From: Phoronis australis
Lineage: Eukaryota > Animalia > Phoronida
Assembly: GCA_002633005.1 (NCBI GenBank)
Contig: NMRA01000021.1
Location: forward strand, 753,685 to 817,684
Reading direction: 5' to 3'
DNA: 64,000 nucleotides
A model generated the notes under the pieces. That model saw nothing but the letters and a program-made list of their open reading frames with translations. It was not told the DNA's origin and did not search any database. Below, one piece after another: positions 61,562-64,000 of the stretch (within the stretch, counting starts at the first letter, position 1; each line of letters begins with the position of its first letter). Both the position numbers and the translations under genes were made by a program.

Positions 61562-64000
61562 TTAAAACCACCATTTACTTCGTTTTCATAAGTGACTTCA
61601 CTGTCATTAAATCTTCTATAACATTGCATATCACAGCCGTGACTTTAATATCCCCACTACGCCAAAATGGAAGGAAAGGCGACTTTAATTGAAAGTTTCT
61701 TAGCCCTACGGACATGGGTGTGACGTATGAACGTGCCCAGCACCAATGTGTTGTGTCCACCATCACAAGTTTCTAGTACAAACTTGAGCCACATTCGCGC
61801 TAATTCCATGATGTCCATCAAAAATGAAAAGAGCCACAACGTGTCACAAGCAGCACTAACGCAACAACTCGTAACAGCTAATCAACATATCGTCAGATAG
61901 TGTTTGTAACGTTCTATTTTGACAGGTGATCGACAGGTGGCGTTGTTGTTTTAGTGTTTGGATATGAAATAAGTCAGTTTAGGCGCTTTAAGACTATGTT
62001 TGAGAACATGCACATAACTGCTAGTTACTAACATACCGTAAACTCGCGAGTTAACGACCCGAGCCCTTAAATTGGAAACCTTGAGATAAGTGGTGGCGAT
62101 TACCCGGTCATAAGCGTTAAACCGCGAGTTGACGCTAATTTGTAAAAAATATCTGTAGGCGGTAATGCGTTCATAATTACTTGTCTAAGCCTTCAGAAAT
62201 TGTGAAGTGGGATAGTAAGACCGAATTTCAGTGTTAAATTACTTTCCATGAAAGAGACCCCTGATTTTCTCTTTGTTAGTACACTACCAGGGGTTCTGAG
62301 GCTGTCGGTTATAGCCAAAAAAGTTCAAATGGGCGTGTCGTGTTCGAATAAAACAAGACAAACAGGAGATGAATAACTGTTACATCATTTTCCAAAGAAA
62401 CTAAGTGTCCTTAATTATTAATTACCAAACGTCCTTAAGCACTCGCGCTTTGTCTCATAACACGAAGCTCTAAACTTAGATAAATCATTTTTGGAATTTG
62501 GGTTTCTTGTGGTTTGAATACTCTCGTACAAGTGGACAAAACCACGAAATACCATCTCAAAAATTTATTATGTTCGTTTCCGACTATTCGCACATTCTGT
62601 GGTGGTAAACTCGGAAAGTAAAAGACATTCTATCAATGACAATGTCAGTGCTTGCATAAGTGTCGCGGACACTCCCGGGTCAATTTATGTATGAAATATA
62701 CTTTGCTATGGCTTGCTGTTTACAAAACTAATTTCCATTTATTAGAGACAAACTCCTCATTTTCAGTTCTGCACTATTTGAGTAACAAATGACGTATATT
62801 ATCTAATTAACTTCTTCATTTTTGTGATGGTAATCAGTCATAGATAAACTTATGTGTACACTGCAAATTGCACTGTAATTAGTTCAACTTGATGATTGGT
62901 AAAGGACACGCAACACTGATGTACGGCTGTTCTTGATTTAGTCCTCTGGTTCAATCTGCTAAGACATCTGATGCATTCCTGATGGTATCTTCCGCGGTAC
63001 AAACTAATCACACGCCTTAGCCTGTTGACCGGCGGAGAAAATCAGTACAGCTTGTGCTTTATTTCACTTTGGTTGTAGTAAAACGTTGATTGAAGTTGAG
63101 ATGTCTTACAACCTCTGTTGTGGCGATTTTTACTGCACATCTTTTCAAAGATTATTGTTTTATGTTTTGTATATATTAGATTTCATTCTTGTACTTTATG
63201 TCACTATCCTGTCACAGTAAATGGTCTTTATTTCACCCCGGCGCTTTTTGTCTCTCAAAGTAGCCTGAGATACCAATTTTTATTGTCGAACATATATTGT
63301 ACATCACTCGTTAAATATAGCGTAATTTAAGCCGCTCGTCATTATCTTACATCGCACTTGTCCAGCCTTCGTAGCGGTCTTCCATTTCCTTTTGAGCGGG
63401 GCGTAGATGTGTTCTCCCTGAATTCATGTAACTCTAGTGCAGTCAAGTACCACGAATTTATATAATTCGTTGCTCATATACTTGGTCGTTGACTGTCACA
63501 GGACCGTAAGAATTCCTTTGTTTTGTAAACAACACGTTTTAGGTCCATTTCTTTGTGTCAACAACGAAGACGTACGAGTACAACCCTTCTTCAAATTTAC
63601 CCACCAACTACCTCTCCAACCTATACAGTGTAGTGGCGTAATTTCTCGTTCTTATAGGTTACGCTCTTTGTTGCCTACTTCCCAGAGGTTGTTATATATT
63701 AATACTTTGTACCACTGTGTCATCATAATAAATTACGTCTATTACGCCATCTCACAATTTATTGCTGTAACCCATATCTTGCTCAGCCCTCTTATATGGT
63801 CGGGACATATGTCGAACATAAAAACTAATATTACCACTTTGTGTTGTGCAAATGTGGGTAAATAAATTGAAGTGCAATGAATTAATCACATTTTGCGTCA
63901 TTACTGTGTTACTTTTATATCAAGACTAAACAAAAGCATAGCATGTTTCCAGTAAATCGCCGTGAGCACTACACGTACATCAAGCATAAATTACTTAAAG

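Noticed and set aside
1-64000. CRISPR arrays, tRNA/rRNA genes, prokaryotic operons, histone ORFs
   Set aside because: None seen; the sequence is eukaryotic with spliceosomal introns, and the short repeats are microsatellites or TE termini.

Overview
AT-rich, intron-containing metazoan DNA, probably a lophotrochozoan invertebrate such as a mollusc or brachiopod (inferred from perlustrin-like genes and the transposon content), with a 570-N gap at 49391-49960. Main contents: (1) Three minus-strand paralogues encoding small secreted single-IGFBP-domain (perlustrin-like, 12-Cys) proteins, at about 12.8-17.9 kb, 23.2-26.8 kb and 48.8/50.0-54.0 kb, whose splicing can be reconstructed exactly (last exon of the third tentative). 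(2) A decayed two-exon gene encoding a signal peptide plus a stand-alone CASPR/neurexin-IV fibrinogen-like domain (31.3-34.1 kb). (3) The most unusual feature: an intronless minus-strand ORF encoding a stand-alone C4HC3 PHD-type zinc finger (38572-38889). It is followed by two tandem canonical histone 3' stem-loops and an HDE-like purine tract, and preceded by E2F, CCAAT and TATA motifs, so it is a non-histone gene built like a replication-dependent histone gene. (4) An old ~1.8-kb-period tandem array at 0.45-9.2 kb. (5) Many TE remnants: LINEs, a Sola3 transposase, THAP-bearing Kolobok/P-like elements, a Ginger-like end, Helentron-type elements, several MITE families and Penelope-type hammerhead motifs. 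All assignments are by eye; no searches were run.
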